A stretch of DNA of 64,000 bases from Perkinsus olseni (lineage: Eukaryota). Below are positions 12,901 through 32,751 of this stretch, one piece after another. The position numbers and the translations under genes were made by a program. The notes under the pieces were generated by a model. That model saw nothing but the letters and a program-made list of their open reading frames with translations, had not been told where the DNA came from and did no database searches. Numbering within the stretch: position 1 is the first letter of the stretch; every line of letters begins with the position of its first letter. Location of the stretch: the NCBI GenBank assembly GCA_013115125.1, contig JABANN010000109.1, positions 1 through 64,000 of the forward strand, in the 5' to 3' direction.

Positions 12901-14539
12901 TTCATGATGTCTTCAGGTTGGTCCTCGGCCTGCTCAAGAGCGATGTCTTTAGTGCTGCTGGTGATATAACTCGGGACATGAGGGCGTATGAGGCCCATAG
13001 GTAATACTAGAAACAGTAGGAATAGTAGTGATAGCTCGCGCAATGGTATAAATTTGCCGTTGTTCGAGGCGCTCACGTTCTCTGATGGTTATAAGTGCTT
13101 GTGAACGGACTGACTAAGTAGCCGTACGGTGGTAGCTGCCGATGCACGGTGGCATGTGACGTTGACCACTGATCTCAGGTTCGAGTCTCTCCCAATCACT
13201 CTGGCAGATGCACTAGCTAGTCCAAGGATGTTCGCGGTAAGCATTCGCTTCGTCGTTTCGCCTCACCAGATGACCTTGTCTGCTACTACTATCATTCTGA
13301 CGGGCGTTACTGGTTGGTCCGGATAACGGCACGTTACTCAGGTGCATAACCTAGCTGGCACGCCTGCTGGCTACCCCATCAAGGGTGATGAGAGTGAACG
13401 GATCGAACTGCCAGAGGAGGTGAGCGATAGCCGAAGGAAGGCTTGAGAATGCGCAAGATGGAGCAAGATAGCAAGATTGTTCCTCATTACCCAAGTCGTG
13501 GATCACTTTTGTTAATGGGAGTTACCGTTCTCAGATTCATCCACTATCTGCACAGTCCATGTCCGCTGATGGAGCTTTCATTATCGAAGACGGAGAGAAC
13601 ATCTTCCTGTGGTAGTACTTGTGAATGCGTCCATACCACACCTTCCGCTTCTCATCGTGCGATTCCAACGTGGGTCCTTGTTAGGCTGGGGCAAGGCGTA
13701 TCAGGTCAATTTTTGAATGGAGTATTCGGTGTTGGATCTCTCGTGGAGATCTCCACTGAGCTAGGCTCCGGAGCCATCGTCAGCACCGGTGATGATAATT
13801 GTAATGGTTCTGGCGAGAGGCTCCCAGGTTGTGATCATGCTCGTTTGGCAGCTGTCCGACTAACGAACATAATAGACCAACTTAGAAGGGACCGTCGTCA
13901 CTACATGCCGCTGGTCATTCTACCGCAAGGACATCCACAGGAGAACAAGTGGGCTGCCTGACGGGCTCCCGTTCTAGTCCAGCGTGCTGCCCCTCAGGTT
14001 CTTCGAGAGGCTAGTAGCGGACAGAACAGCGGGCACCCAAATATCGTACGAAGAGTTCGTGCAGAGGCTAGGGGTACGTCGGGAAGGGAGGTGGTCTGAG
14101 CTTGTCTCCACTTCGTTGCTTCAGCTCCGCGGCCAGACTGTGCCGGTTGGAACTGCGGCTGCGATGGGAGGCTTCCCTCAGCAACAGATGAATAGCCCTC
14201 CGGCGATGCCTAGTCAGCAGCAGCATCCTCCATCCGCTGGTGGGAGGAACACACCAATGGCCGCCATGGGTACGTGCTTGGCGCTCCTGAGTTGTTGTTG
14301 TATTTTTCCTTGTCAGCTCCCCCCACACTTGCTGGTAAGACGGGCATGGCTCATGGAGGGCCTCCCCCGCCGCCACCCATGATGGCAGGCACCCAAGGGA
14401 GCAACTACGGCTATCAGCAACAGGTGAATAGTCGTACTTTGTAGACGACCTGGACGTCGTCTATCAGGCGCCGCCGCCTCCCCCGGCCATGGGAAACAAC
14501 TACTCTCATCCCCCTACCAACCAGGCCTATAGACAGTAG
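9914..14539 (+). CDS. SEC24: COPII cargo adaptor Sec24, paralogue 1 (many short introns)
   Basis: Pro-rich N-terminus; RCRT|YLNPF...WICNLC zinc finger; TVDFIATQDYM|VRPPVPPVYVF; vWA/trunk (ALITFD, DVDDPFLP, GGKL, YTGGD); ETGFEAVM; QAALLYTSSAGERRIRV; gelsolin-like end RLVADRT...SYEEF. Confidence 0.92.
11950..11983 (-). promoter_or_regulatory. tRNA 3'-end-like / B-box element inside a 62-nt Sec24-1 intron (11945-12006)
   Basis: Reverse strand reads CCAGAGGTC-ACGGG-TTCGATC-CCCAC-ACCCCGC-A: variable loop, T-loop, acceptor strand, discriminator; T-stem imperfect. Confidence 0.55.
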
Positions 14540-14968
14540 TGCGATTTATAGCTTACACGACTGTGGCTGAAGATTAGCCGAGCTTGCTGGTGCTGGTAGT
14601 AGTAGCAGTAGCTGATTGACGAGCATCACTGGGCGCCTGTACCCTTTACCAACGAAGAGTATACTTGTTCCTTCTCCTCCCGTCTTGGGTCCTGTTCTCT
14701 ATGCCTTCCGCAGTCACCACCTACCAGTGCACTGCCTTGCAGCAGTACTGTAGAATGGCGGCTCAGCATTGTTCTGGTTTCGGCGTGTCCGGCTGTTTTC
14801 TGAGTTCAGTGGTCCAGCGTAATCGAGGGTTGGGGCTAGCGCTCTCAACTGAATGGGGGGGGGGAGGGGTGCTTGTCGATATCACTGGGAGGAGCTCCAA
14901 CGGTGGGGTTGCTGTGATAGTACTATGCGGGAGTAACGTGGCAGTCGCTTTTCCGGGTTGACTTCGTC

Positions 14969-17900
14969 ATGCAACCCCAACAGCAGCCGGGTTACAGCAG
15001 CAGCCCGTTCGGGATGGCTCCTCCCCACCAGCAACAAGCTGGAGCGCCACAGACGAGCCCTTTCGGACCCGGCGGTAGTACTGAAGGGATCTTTGCTGGT
15101 GTCGCTAGGCGGGAGGATAGCCGTCTTGGGTGCCTTGAACGCAGACCGTGTACATTCGTCCTACTACAAGGTCCGACGATGGCGAATGGTCATCCCCCAG
15201 GAGGCATGAGTGGCGTTATGACCCCACCACCACCTCCCGCTATGGCAGGGGGGGCGATGCAGTCGGCTACACCGCCGCCACCCCCAGCAGCAGCTACTGG
15301 GGGCCAGCAGCAGTTCGGCATGCCCCCTCAGGGAGGGCCAGGGGTAATACTGGGATGGTCTCGCATAGAAGCAAGGCCTAGGGCAATAGTGCATCTATTA
15401 TTATGTAGATGGTCCAACCTCCATCAGTAGGAGGGGTACCGCCGCCATCTGGACCAGCAGGAGGGTATGGCCAGCAGGGGGTGAGCACCGTCGGAACTGT
15501 GCGTGTGGTGTTGCTGAATTCCATCTGTCTTCAGTCCGGATCATTCATGAACCACAGTGGGCCTCCGGTGCCTGCTGCATTCGGGGGTCAGTCGGACTTC
15601 GCCAGTCACCAGGGATCGAACTTGCCTCCTCAGCCGAGTACTAGTAGCATTGGAATAGCGTGTGGACAGTCTCCGTCCTCTTCAGACCAGCTGCTCAGTG
15701 GCGGTTTCGGTGGAGCCCAGACGGAAGCCAGAGATGAGCAGCGGGTAGGGGTACAGCGGAGACGATAGTTTGCTGAGAAACGTGTGCTGCTGCCAGATGG
15801 CTGACTCTGCCGAATTCTCATCGCCCCCTCACTTCGTTCGGTGCAGCGTATCCAAGTTCCCCAACTCCGTCAGTGTGCGGTCCAAGACGAAGATGCCCAT
15901 AGGTAGTATAACGACCCTCATCGCCGATCAGGATGCTAATGGATGGTTTGTGGCATGCAATTTTAGACAAATAAGTCTAGATCCCCTGCGAATCTTTGGG
16001 TTGCCTTACGCTCTTTCTCTCGCGGCACTTGATGCAAGACATCATCAGGTATGTACTTCCAGCCCTTGGCTCCGGTCCCGGCTGGCTGCCCAGAAGTCCC
16101 CACAGTCAACTTCAACGCTGTTGGAGTTAGCACTGTCGTTCGATGCAAGAGATGCAGATCGTGGGCAGCGGGGGGCTTCTGTTGTTGACTTCTCGTATTC
16201 TCCGACCGTGGGGTTCGCGGGCTTCGGTACTTCCGAGGGCTGATAGCGTCAGCTCTCGGGGATCCCGGATCGTTAGCGCTATCAATCTGATAGCGTCTGG
16301 ACGTTTTCGTGGATTTTATGAAGTTTTTCTTGTCTCGACTGGACTGAAAATTTCAGTCTGAAATTGTACTTCGTCATGGTCAGGTATATCAACCCTTTTG
16401 TGATCTGGGACCAGAATGGTCGTAAGTGGCAGTGCAACATGTGCGGTTATGTTGGGGATACACCGCAGACGTACTACCAGTTGAAACTACTCCGGCACAG
16501 GGTCCTGCGGCGCAGGTACTACTGCCACTTGGACGACACAATGCGGCGTGCGGACCGGTACGAGAGACCTGAACTTGTCAACGGAACTGTTGATTTTATA
16601 GCCCCTGCGGAATACATGGTAGTACCTCGAGGGGCTGGTCTTGTGCGATGTTCCGATGGAGACGGGAGGCAGGTAGCGACATTCATCTCCTCTCAGGTGC
16701 GCCCTCCACAGCCACCGGTTTTCATGTTTCTGCTGGAGTCAACGTAGGCTTGGCATGGGTGGGGATTTTCGAGGGGCATACCGCACTTCGCAGATATCAA
16801 GCTGTAGCTTCGGGGGCATTGGCGACCGCTACTGCCGCTATCAAGGAGCTGATCGAGGGTCAGAGTTTTCCTGGTGGAGAGAGGGCCCTCGTGGGAATCA
16901 TGACATACGACTCTTCGGTACGATGCCGGGTGCAGGGATCGAACCTGCGCGGAGTTGATCTTTTCAGATTCATTTTTACAATCTGAACTCGAGGCTGTCG
17001 CAGCCTCAGATGCTTGTTGTGTCGGACTTGGAGGATCCCTTCCTCCCTCTACCCGACGACATTTTGGTGCCGGTAATTCTATCCCCCGCTAGTACGTGTG
17101 GCGAGCACGCTTCGAGCTCAGGCGCAGGAATGCGGGACACAGCTATCCCAGTTGCTAACGAACTTGCCGGAAATGTTCCAGCAGTCTCGGTAAGAGCCAC
17201 GATGGTCCCGCGTGATTCAACAGCAGCCGGCACTGTCAAGGTCGAACGAGTCCTGTCTGGCAGCGGCAGTGAAGGCAGCGTGGATGGCCATGAAGCATGT
17301 CGGCGGAAAGCTCATCATCTGCGCCAGTAGGCCTCTGCTCGGTGGACCCTCCCTTGATGATGCTGGATTGGCAAGGTACGATACCCTCTGTGGGACCGAG
17401 TGCGCTGAAGTCAACGAAGGAGAACCTGAGGCTGCTCAACACGGATCGGGAGATCGAGATGCTCAAGCCTACCGTCGAGGGGTAGTAGTGGCAGTCGCCT
17501 TGTGGGGCAGTGGAAGTTTGGTACGGTGGGCACTGCTAGATACAAGGAGCTGGCTGGGGAACTCACCCGGGTTCAAATCACGGCGGAGATGTTTCTCACC
17601 ACGAGCATGTATATGGTAATGCCTTCAAGCCTTTGTGCTTGCATGCACGGTTTCTGCTCAGGATGTTGCCTCGATATCGCCGTTGGCGCGGTACACGGGC
17701 GGCGACATAAGATACTATCCTGGCTTCCGGGCTGACGTTCAAGGTGGTCCCTTCGAGCGTTTGGAATTCTGAGATTTGTCTTCTCTTCAGGGGAGAAGCT
17801 CCGGGCTGAGCTGCAGCACGTCAGCACGCGGGATATGGGCTGGGAGGCGGTCATGCGCGTGCGTGTTAGTAAAGGGTGGAAGATAACCAACTTCTACGGG

Positions 17901-20441
17901 CACATGTTCGTAAGGTGAGCATCACGTCATAGCGCGCTGTTTAACGGGGCGAAGGAGTCCAGTATACGTGGGCCAACTTCTCCGTGTTATCGTTGCTATC
18001 ATGACAGCCCTCTGTGAATCTTGGTCATCTCAGGAGCCGTGACCTCCTTGTTGTCCCTAACTGTCACGAAGATCAGACTTTTTCTATTACACTGGAACCG
18101 GATGCTGATGTAGGAACACAGCGCCGTCCCGCTACCAATGGCCTCCCGTCGAGCTGAGCCATCGTTGTTCGTTCTAGGGCAACTCTGGAGCTGGCGGTGG
18201 AGGTCCAGTAGATCCTTTCGTCTGCGTACAGTGCGCCTTGCTCTTCACGAGCTCTAATGGTGAACGGAGAATACGAGTCCACACAGTTCAGCTGCCTACG
18301 ACCGGCAACATCGATGAGGTACGTCCTTTCGCAGCTGCAGGAGGGTAAGTCGAGCGCAGGTTCTTGACACCACCGATCCAGAGGTTGCCACGGGGCTGAT
18401 GGCATCGCTGGCCTGCGACAAGGCAATGGAGGCCAACAGCAAGCTATCTGATGCTAGGAGTCTGGTGAGCTCTGGTCCACTGTCGGATGATGTTGCCCTC
18501 GAATGCTACGGTTCGTTAGATACAGAATACCATCGCCCAGATAGTCACATCCACGCCGTCTCATATTGAAGCCGTTCGACCTTTGCCGCTCCATGTAGGA
18601 ACGCGAGTCGGACGAGTGTGTTCACTTCGTCGGCCCTTGCAGGTCCTTGGGCTTTTGAAGTCGCCCATGTTCCGAGCGACGAGCGACGTTCCGCCGGATC
18701 AGAGGGTCTACTACTGGACAAGGTGAGTGACGGAATCGGGTCAATTGCCGATCGACTTTGTGTGTATCGCAGGCATGAATCGATCTCGGTGCCTTTACAG
18801 GCTGCACTGTTCTACCCAAGGATGTTCGCAGTTCACCAGCTGTCTGGCGATGAAGGTGAGCCACAACGCTTCTACCATGGATTCCGGAGTCGATGAGGCT
18901 CGGGCCCATCCTAGCCGCCGTTTCGATCGACTGAGCAACTCCCTCCTCGTCCTGAGTGTGATGCATGCCACGGCAGGTACGATAGACCCGAATACCCAAA
19001 GAGTAGTATTACCACCGTCTATCGCTCTGAGTGCTGAGAACATGTCCGGGGTAAGTCTGATACCGCCGCCGACGGTCGTGTTACACAGCTGATAGCTGGA
19101 TTACCCTGTAACGTCATTGTAACCCTTCAGGACGGAGTCTACCTGCAAGAAGATGGAGAGTCCATTATGATGTGGATTGGCAAGGCTGCTTCCCCACAGC
19201 TGCTACACTCGCTCTTCAACATCCCATCCTTGGATCAACTTCGTGTTGAGATGGGGGTAAGATACAAATTCACATTCCTGACGAACCGGGCCCTCTTCAA
19301 CCTGTACGCTTTCTCCCTTGCATGTAGCCGGAAAGTCTGCTCGCTTTTGATTCGTTTCACAGTTCTCTGCTGTCGTGAGTTTTGGTCTTCTCCGGTCCTC
19401 GTGTTGACTGGGAACTACTTCATCTTTCTTTAATTCAGGAGGGATGCCTTGTTAGGGACTCGCCAGATGATACATGTAAGTTGCCAATGAGCCCCGTGCT
19501 GATTCGCCGCGCTCGGACTGATGGTCCCTCTGTCCGATGGTTGTCTCTTACGCTATCGGCTCGTCGTCAGGTCACCGAGTGGTGTCGATCATCGACCAGC
19601 TGAGGCTGGACAGGTCGCCTCCGATGATGCAACTCATCCTGGTACCACAAGGAAACCAGAACGAGGTCCGATTCTTCTCCAACCTGATAGAGGATAAGAC
19701 CATCGGTGAGTGAGGAGAGGCCTACTCCCCTTCCCATGCGTTCAGCGCTTGAGGTCTGTGTGGCGTTGTAACCATACAGAAATACGAGCGTCTGGGGTCC
19801 CACTGTTTTCTTGCTTGCATCAGGTATGCAGATGAGCTATCAAGAGTTCCTTCATCGCATCGGCGGAGCCAACCAGCCCAGAGGTATGAGCTGGCCGTCC
19901 TGGCAGTCCGATTCCCCCCTCCTGCTTCGCATCGTTGAGCTCGTTCGTGCGTGTCGGATGGAATATGCCTTATAATGCCGAATGAGTTTGACCCCATCTA
20001 AGTTGCTGATGGGCTCCCTTTGAGCACTACCTATGAGCATCGCTTTTTTGAACAGGCCCCATTTTCGCAGAAGTTCCTGCTCGTGCTGCTGCAGGCACCC
20101 CTCAGAACTCGGGTCTAGCTCCGCAGGCTATGATGCCCGGTGGGCCGCAGATGCCTGTACCTCAAGGGGGAGCGCCATTACCTCCTCCGCCGGCTGGAAT
20201 GTACGGCTCTGAGCAACATAAGAACCCGCAGATGCCGACAATGCCGCCAATGGGGCAAGCGCCTCCTCCACCGATGAGCAGTCATGTGCCCAGCGGTCCA
20301 CCACCGATGGGCCAACCGCCGATGAACCAACCGCCGATGAACCAACCGCCGATGGGCCAGCCGCCTATGGGCCAACCGCCGATGGGCCAGCCGCCGATGG
20401 GCCAGCCGCCTATGGGACCGCCACCTATGGGAAATACGTAG
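14969..20441 (+). CDS. SEC24: COPII cargo adaptor Sec24, paralogue 2 (many short introns)
   Basis: [106 protein letters not shown]; Pro-rich termini. Confidence 0.93.
16924..16953 (-). promoter_or_regulatory. tRNA 3'-end-like / B-box element inside a 50-nt Sec24-2 intron (16918-16967)
   Basis: Reverse strand reads TCCGC-GCAGG-TTCGATC-CCTGC-ACCCGGC-A with a perfect 5-bp T-stem. Confidence 0.6.
20298..20432 (+). repeat. Coding 15-nt tandem repeat, PPM(G/N)Q x ~9
   Basis: CCGCCGATGGGCCAA/G units in the last Sec24-2 exon. Confidence 0.9.
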
Positions 20442-23198
20442 GCCGATAGACTTGATGTCGTCTGTTCCCATTGTGCTATTGGTCAGGTATCGATGATGGA
20501 ACGACCTACTGGCTGTCCAGCATTGTTTTCTTGCCAGTACATAGTTCTGTGGATCTGGCACGTTTTTTGCTGAGGATGTTTAAAGCGGTGACATATTATA
20601 ACCTTTGCAGTAGATGATATAGCCTGTGCTGAGTTGCGAGGGTCCTTGGTATGTGGTCTAGAGGCGAAAAACTCAGTAGCATGTCTTCTGATGTAACGAC
20701 TAACGATCGTCTAGCGTCTATTTGGCTCGCCCGTTGCATCTATCATCGTCTTGCCAGTCAGCTTTCTGAGTCGCGCGACAGGCGCTGACGCTGGTCGCGC
20801 CCTGTGGCCCGACTGGCCGACCTGGCATGAGGTGGGCAGCCTGTACTTACGTGCAGTAGTCTCCGGGCGGTCTGCAGCCCGGTACTACAGCCTGGGCCCC
20901 ACCCAGGTTCCCCGCATATCGCTGATATATGGCGTCGTTGACACTTGCTTCGGGGATTATATTGTGTGGCAGTTACATCATCCGGATGTGCCGCGCAACT
21001 TTGGGTAGCAGGTAACGCGCATAAGTTATTAGGGACAAGCTCGCGAGAGCTTATGCAGGTGAGTCGGAGTGCGCCGAATTCCCTATAATGTTGGCGTGTA
21101 CAAGCTGTGCCACACAGGACTTCTCCGGCGGTCACTCTTGTGGCGGATTCTTGTACGGTCCCCATGCAAGAATGACATTCACCCTGATCTGCGGAGGATG
21201 GAAGTAGGCCACCGGACTAATTAACTTTGAAGGCTAGGATACACTAGAGAAGGGTACATGACGAGTCCTATTTCATCTGGTCGTCCAACCAAGCTCAACT
21301 GAGCGTTGGACGTTAAATATCATCACCAACAACAACCCTGATCTGTTTATCCGTTTCTGTGTTGTTAACGATGATCTGCATTCCCTGCTATGATACTTCA
21401 ACGATGTCCGAGAAGACGGAAACTTTGCTTCGCAAGGGGGGCCTTTAAGGGGCGGGTCTACACTTTCGGATGGCTCGGTTATGGATACGTGCGTGCTCGA
21501 GAGGTATCATGGGAGAGTCAAGCCGTGGGATATGAACGAAGACGATGGGGCATCGCCGTTGTCAAGTCTCAGGCTGAGGCTCTCTGCTGAACTCTGCACT
21601 CGCTGGAGGGCTCGAATATGCAGCATGGCACGATACTAGGCTGCGGCCGTGTACTCTTCCAGTCGCTTGCTCTGTGGCGCACTATGTGACGGCTTCGACA
21701 TATTCGCCCCGTGAGATTTCAGAATCCGAAATTCGGAGGTGTTCAAGTCGTCAACTTCAAGGCTAAGGCGGTCACCGCGCAGTAGTTCATAACAATGACG
21801 ACGCTGACCGTCGTGTAAGCGTTGGACGGTTATAATGTTGTGAAAGAGGCTCGCCGAGGGAACCGTCCCAACGCCGCGTTCCCATGGTGGAACAACTTTG
21901 GTTTTATGGGATGTTCCGTATTCCTTAATTGTAGTTGTGCTGCCCCGTGACAGCCCGCTGAGCGAGCCAGATTCTGGCTGCCAGAAGCGCGAGTCAGTGA
22001 AGCGAGTCCTATCAGATATGCAGATTCTGTGCCATAATGCCGCGAAATGATCTCGTATCATGCGCCAATCCTCGGCGGTTCGGGTAATTATCACGGAGTT
22101 TGGAGCAGTTGCAACAAGAAATGCTCTTGGCCCAAGAGTCTTGGGCCTTGAGGGCTGATGATACTGGATTGGTTTTTGAGGAGGTCGATGCACAATGAAT
22201 GATGCATTCGTGTGAGTGTGCGCTAATCTTCTGCTCCACCATTCCTGGTGGAGCTGGAAAAGCTCTCACGTATTGGTGGTATCGGTGGAAGTAAGCGGTT
22301 ATCTCGGGTGTTTCGGCGAGTATATGGCAGGATGCCGTAAGACGGCACGACGTGAGCTCCAGCTCTTCTGAAAGATCTGTAGATTGGAACCGCATGGACT
22401 CCGTTCGCTCCATCCCCGACATAAGCTTCACCGAGTTTCTTGAACTGATGGAGAAGCCGGAAGCTCCTCAGATCGTGATGTCTTCGTCACGTCTTGGCAG
22501 TGAACGTCTCATTGTCGGCAAGCTCGACGGTCGTCTTTATAGGCTGCGGTTCGCTCTTCTGGGCGGACTCTTGCTCGTCTATGGGTTTAAGTCAACGAGA
22601 GTCATCTGAATGTATTCAGCTATTCAGTGCATAGCACTGTCCTGCCGCCGGCAGGCTGCCGGACACTGCTGCATGGACCAACAGCTGGTTACCAGGACCA
22701 TGACCGGACCAGAAATGGACCAGGACCGGTGCTGGTCACCAGCTCCGTAGTCACTTTAGGGTGGAGCCTCTAACTGCGATGGAGCTGATGAATTGACAAG
22801 TGCCCGGGCAACGATTTCCTGTTCGACGTGTTTTGTTCTGGCATCGCGTTTGGGTTGTCGACTGTCCTCCTAGAAGTCCGCTCAAATGCGTACCGTGGAG
22901 GAATTGTTTGTTCCTAAGGAAGGAAGAAGGTTGCTCATCCGGTAGGCTCTGTCGATTTCATTCCCCTATCTTTCCATCTGGCCGCGATCGCCTCACTGTA
23001 GCCTTCGGTCTATAGGCACCCTACCTTCCCGGTTCGGAGCGTAGTACTCTGGGCATGACGAGTCTGTGGTGGGTCATCAGAGGCAAGTGAGACGGTAAAA
23101 CGCGGCTCAGCCACCATACTGCATTAGGCGGGGGTAGGTCCGATCACGGGGAGCAAGCTGGTGGCTCGTTGACGATCAGCTCGACGAAGCTGCATCTC

Positions 23199-23290
23199 GG
23201 GAATATTATTATTCACGATTACAATATTGCAGAATTGCTCGAGGATTCGTCGGGAATCTATATTTTCAGAATATTATTTTGGAAATACTA
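23199..23290 (-). mobile_element. Possible solitary hAT-like transposon end
   Basis: Reverse strand starts TAGTATTTCCA, followed by clustered AATATT subterminal motifs in an AT-rich island; no partner end seen. Confidence 0.25.
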
Positions 23291-23910
23291 TCCGGTATAG
23301 TGTGAATCGTTCCGGGGCGAATGGTCCACTTTCTTGCTTGGAAATCTGCAACGCATGAGCCCTCTTGTATGATGCTGTATCTCAGTGGGGCAGTCCCGCT
23401 TAGGGGTCTTGGCAACACCCAGTTCGAGCCGAACCGTTGGGCAAATCAGGTTCGCCGCGAATACACCGCGCCCAATGTTCCAAGCTGTTGGGACGTATTT
23501 CAGGCGGGACGCAGGTGACATGCGGCTCTCTCATTTGCAGGTGGCACCCGTCCGGTACGACTCACGGTGCCTTAGGTAGTGGGACACCACATGTTTCAAG
23601 AACGCCTCACGCCAGTCATGGCTGACAGTCCGCAGCTGCGCTATTTTGTTACCTGTTCAATGACGACTTTACACATGTCAAGAGTCGGGTGCGGCTAGGT
23701 CCTAGCCGGTAGAACCTTCGACTTAGAATTCACGTCGAGAAGGCTTCTTTGAGAGCAAGCCACGTGTCCCGGTATGCAAGAAGATGTTGCGTACCGCGCT
23801 CGCTAGAACGCAACTCAGTGGTGTATTTCAAATCGATTAAAGAAACGGTTTGTGGATGTCTGGAGGTGTCGGTGCCGCGAATCGATCCTGGGTCTCCGCA
23901 GTTGTGCAAG

Positions 23911-30260
<6,350 letters not shown>

Positions 30261-30484
30261 CAATTGCGAGAGGTCTGGCTCCATTTTTTTCGGTTAGGTA
30301 AAACCCCCAAGGCAAAGTGATGCTCTGGCCTTGTCCCCTACCACCGCCGTTCATAGCACGACCGTCTGGTCTCACTGTATAAACCATCTGTTATATTTGC
30401 ACGTTGCACAATTCCTTCAGCGTTTCCTCGCTACGTCTGCGGCAGTGGGTGTTGCGCTGTCAGTAGCACAGGGGCCCTCCGCAG

Positions 30485-32437
30485 ATGCGCGGTCCTTGCA
30501 CGTTGTTGGCGGCCCTGAACGCAGCCGTGACCACCGCCTACGACCCGTGTGACGATCTAGGGCTGCCTCTCGCTCGGGAAGGAGAGTATGTGCGGCCAGC
30601 AGAGTATGCAGCGAGGATTACGAAGTTCTTCGAGACTAATAACTACACCCGCTCAGTGAGGTTCCACTACGCCTGGCTGATTGCACACTAGTGCGTCTAA
30701 GAAGCTCTGCGTTGAGGGACAATGCCGGAGTCAGTCTCCGGTTGTGGCCAACATAGGTGCCGCGATATCTCGACCACGTCCCGGGTCTGGTGTTTGCGAA
30801 CGCTGAAGAGTTCCGTCACAACTGCCCTCAGCTGGTGAGTTTCTCATTTCTCAATATCTCCGACTGTCGCCTCAGTTGCTGTTGTGCTTGCTGCTGGACG
30901 TCGAGCGCTCTCTGGAGGCCACCTACGCCTCGGTCTTCACTGATGGTGCTACGCATCTTCTCAGCACAGCACAGCGTCGATGGGACGAGTGGGCATGCCA
31001 GACTCGGGGCGCAGTCGTCGACCGGTAGATAGGTACGCGCGGTTGCGCTCGAGTGACCCGATCGTCATCAGCCATGCTGAGCGGTTCCCGATGAGTTGGC
31101 TGGGATGGCCGATAGACGAGGGCGAGAGGCGGGCTCGCGTAGGGAATGCTCTCGTGCAGGCCCTCCAGTATTGCGTCCAGGCGTATTATAGCCGGATAAC
31201 GAGCACTCTTGATGACCCGAGGAAGCGAGAGGAGTTCTTCCGTCTCCTCTACAAGATGGGAGATGCGCCCCTCATGGACGAGGTGAACTGAAGCAGCAGC
31301 AGAGGACCGACCCGTCCTCGTCGACTGGCTCCCTGCTGTTAGCTATGGGAAGCAGGCCTTCACGACGTCATGGACGCTCTTGCTTCGATAACGGGCATCG
31401 AGTACTTCCCCTACGGCGGTACGCTCTTGGCTTTAGTCAGGCAGGACCGCGCCGCCCACACGGCTGCCATGAGAACGTGCGCACAGATACGGTGCTCGGA
31501 CTGGGGACCTCTCGGAGGACAAGAAAGATGTTGTGAGTGTTGACATGGGCTATTCATGCCAGTCTCTGAGTAGCTAGAACGCATCGTTCTGGCTTAACCA
31601 AGGGGCTCGGAATGGTGAAATGGTCCCATCAGGTTGAGCGAGACATAGACATTCTCATAGGCGTTAACTCTCCTGCTGATTGGTCCAACAGAGTGGCCTT
31701 CGACCTAGCCACCGCCCTAACCGACGAACGAGGATGGATGGGCTGCTATCAGAAAGCGTCCATTCCCCTCGATGCTATGGTCGCTGGCATACCCTATAGA
31801 AAGGATCTACTGCAGTGTTTGAAGGTGGGGCTCCGGCCAGAAACGACTGAGACGATCTCCTGTCTCAGACACAACATGATGGCCAGCTCCTCTTGGCAGA
31901 CTTTGCTTCCTACATCATCGTCAACAGTTCGACCATGGGGGCTCATAGCTACTTCCAGCGAGGTTGCTCAAACGACGGCAGATGTGCGACTGTGGAGTTC
32001 TTGAGCAACAACGCCAGCGCCTCTAACAACGTCAATCTTGTGTATCCTTTCGGATCGTGTCGGGCCTACAACCGGACAGTTCAGTGCCCAAGGCGGCCCC
32101 TCGACGTAAGACGAACGCGCCCGACTCTATTCATCACGGGCCTCAGTTCACTCGAGCCTTCCACAAGTTGGGACAACATGACTGCCTGGCCATCCCCAGC
32201 TTGTTCAGTCGTGATCAGCGGGACCCAAGGAATGCCGACTTCGGTCTCCGCGGCCTCACGTCCCACGACGTGAGCATCATCCGGCGAATCGCTGAGGATC
32301 TGCAGAGCGGTGGTTATGCGTCTATGCGGGAGGAGCTCGAGTCCGCCCGATGCGTAGAAGTTCAGAAAGCACTGAAGCCTAACATTACATGTATTGGTTG
32401 TGGTGTCAGCTTGCAACAGTATGTCACTACTGCATAG
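30485..32437 (+). CDS. Secreted LicD/fukutin-like nucleotidyltransferase-fold protein, multi-exon
   Basis: Signal-like N-terminus; YFPYGGTLLALVR|YG...VERDIDILIG matches the GTLLGxVR...DxDI motif; Cys-containing C-terminus. Confidence 0.6.
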
Positions 32438-32751
32438 TGCATACCGGTTGAGAGTTGCGTTAAGATTATCGCGGTCATCAGCCGACCAGTGGCCAGCGCG
32501 GAGTGGGCCTTACGCTGAAACCGCCCTAGTTTGACTTCCACTGATGTGCATTGAGCCATCCCATGTTAACGTGTTTCGAGGTCTCTACACAGTTCAGACT
32601 CGCATGAACAAGCCTTGTCCCACTACACTAACACGACAGCTCTTATTCATACGAAATCTTGAAACCTGGGTGGGGTCCAGAAGACCCCCAACTGTGTAGG
32701 AAAATCCCTCAAATCCGTCGTCTCAAACCATAAACCTGCCTTTAACATCGT

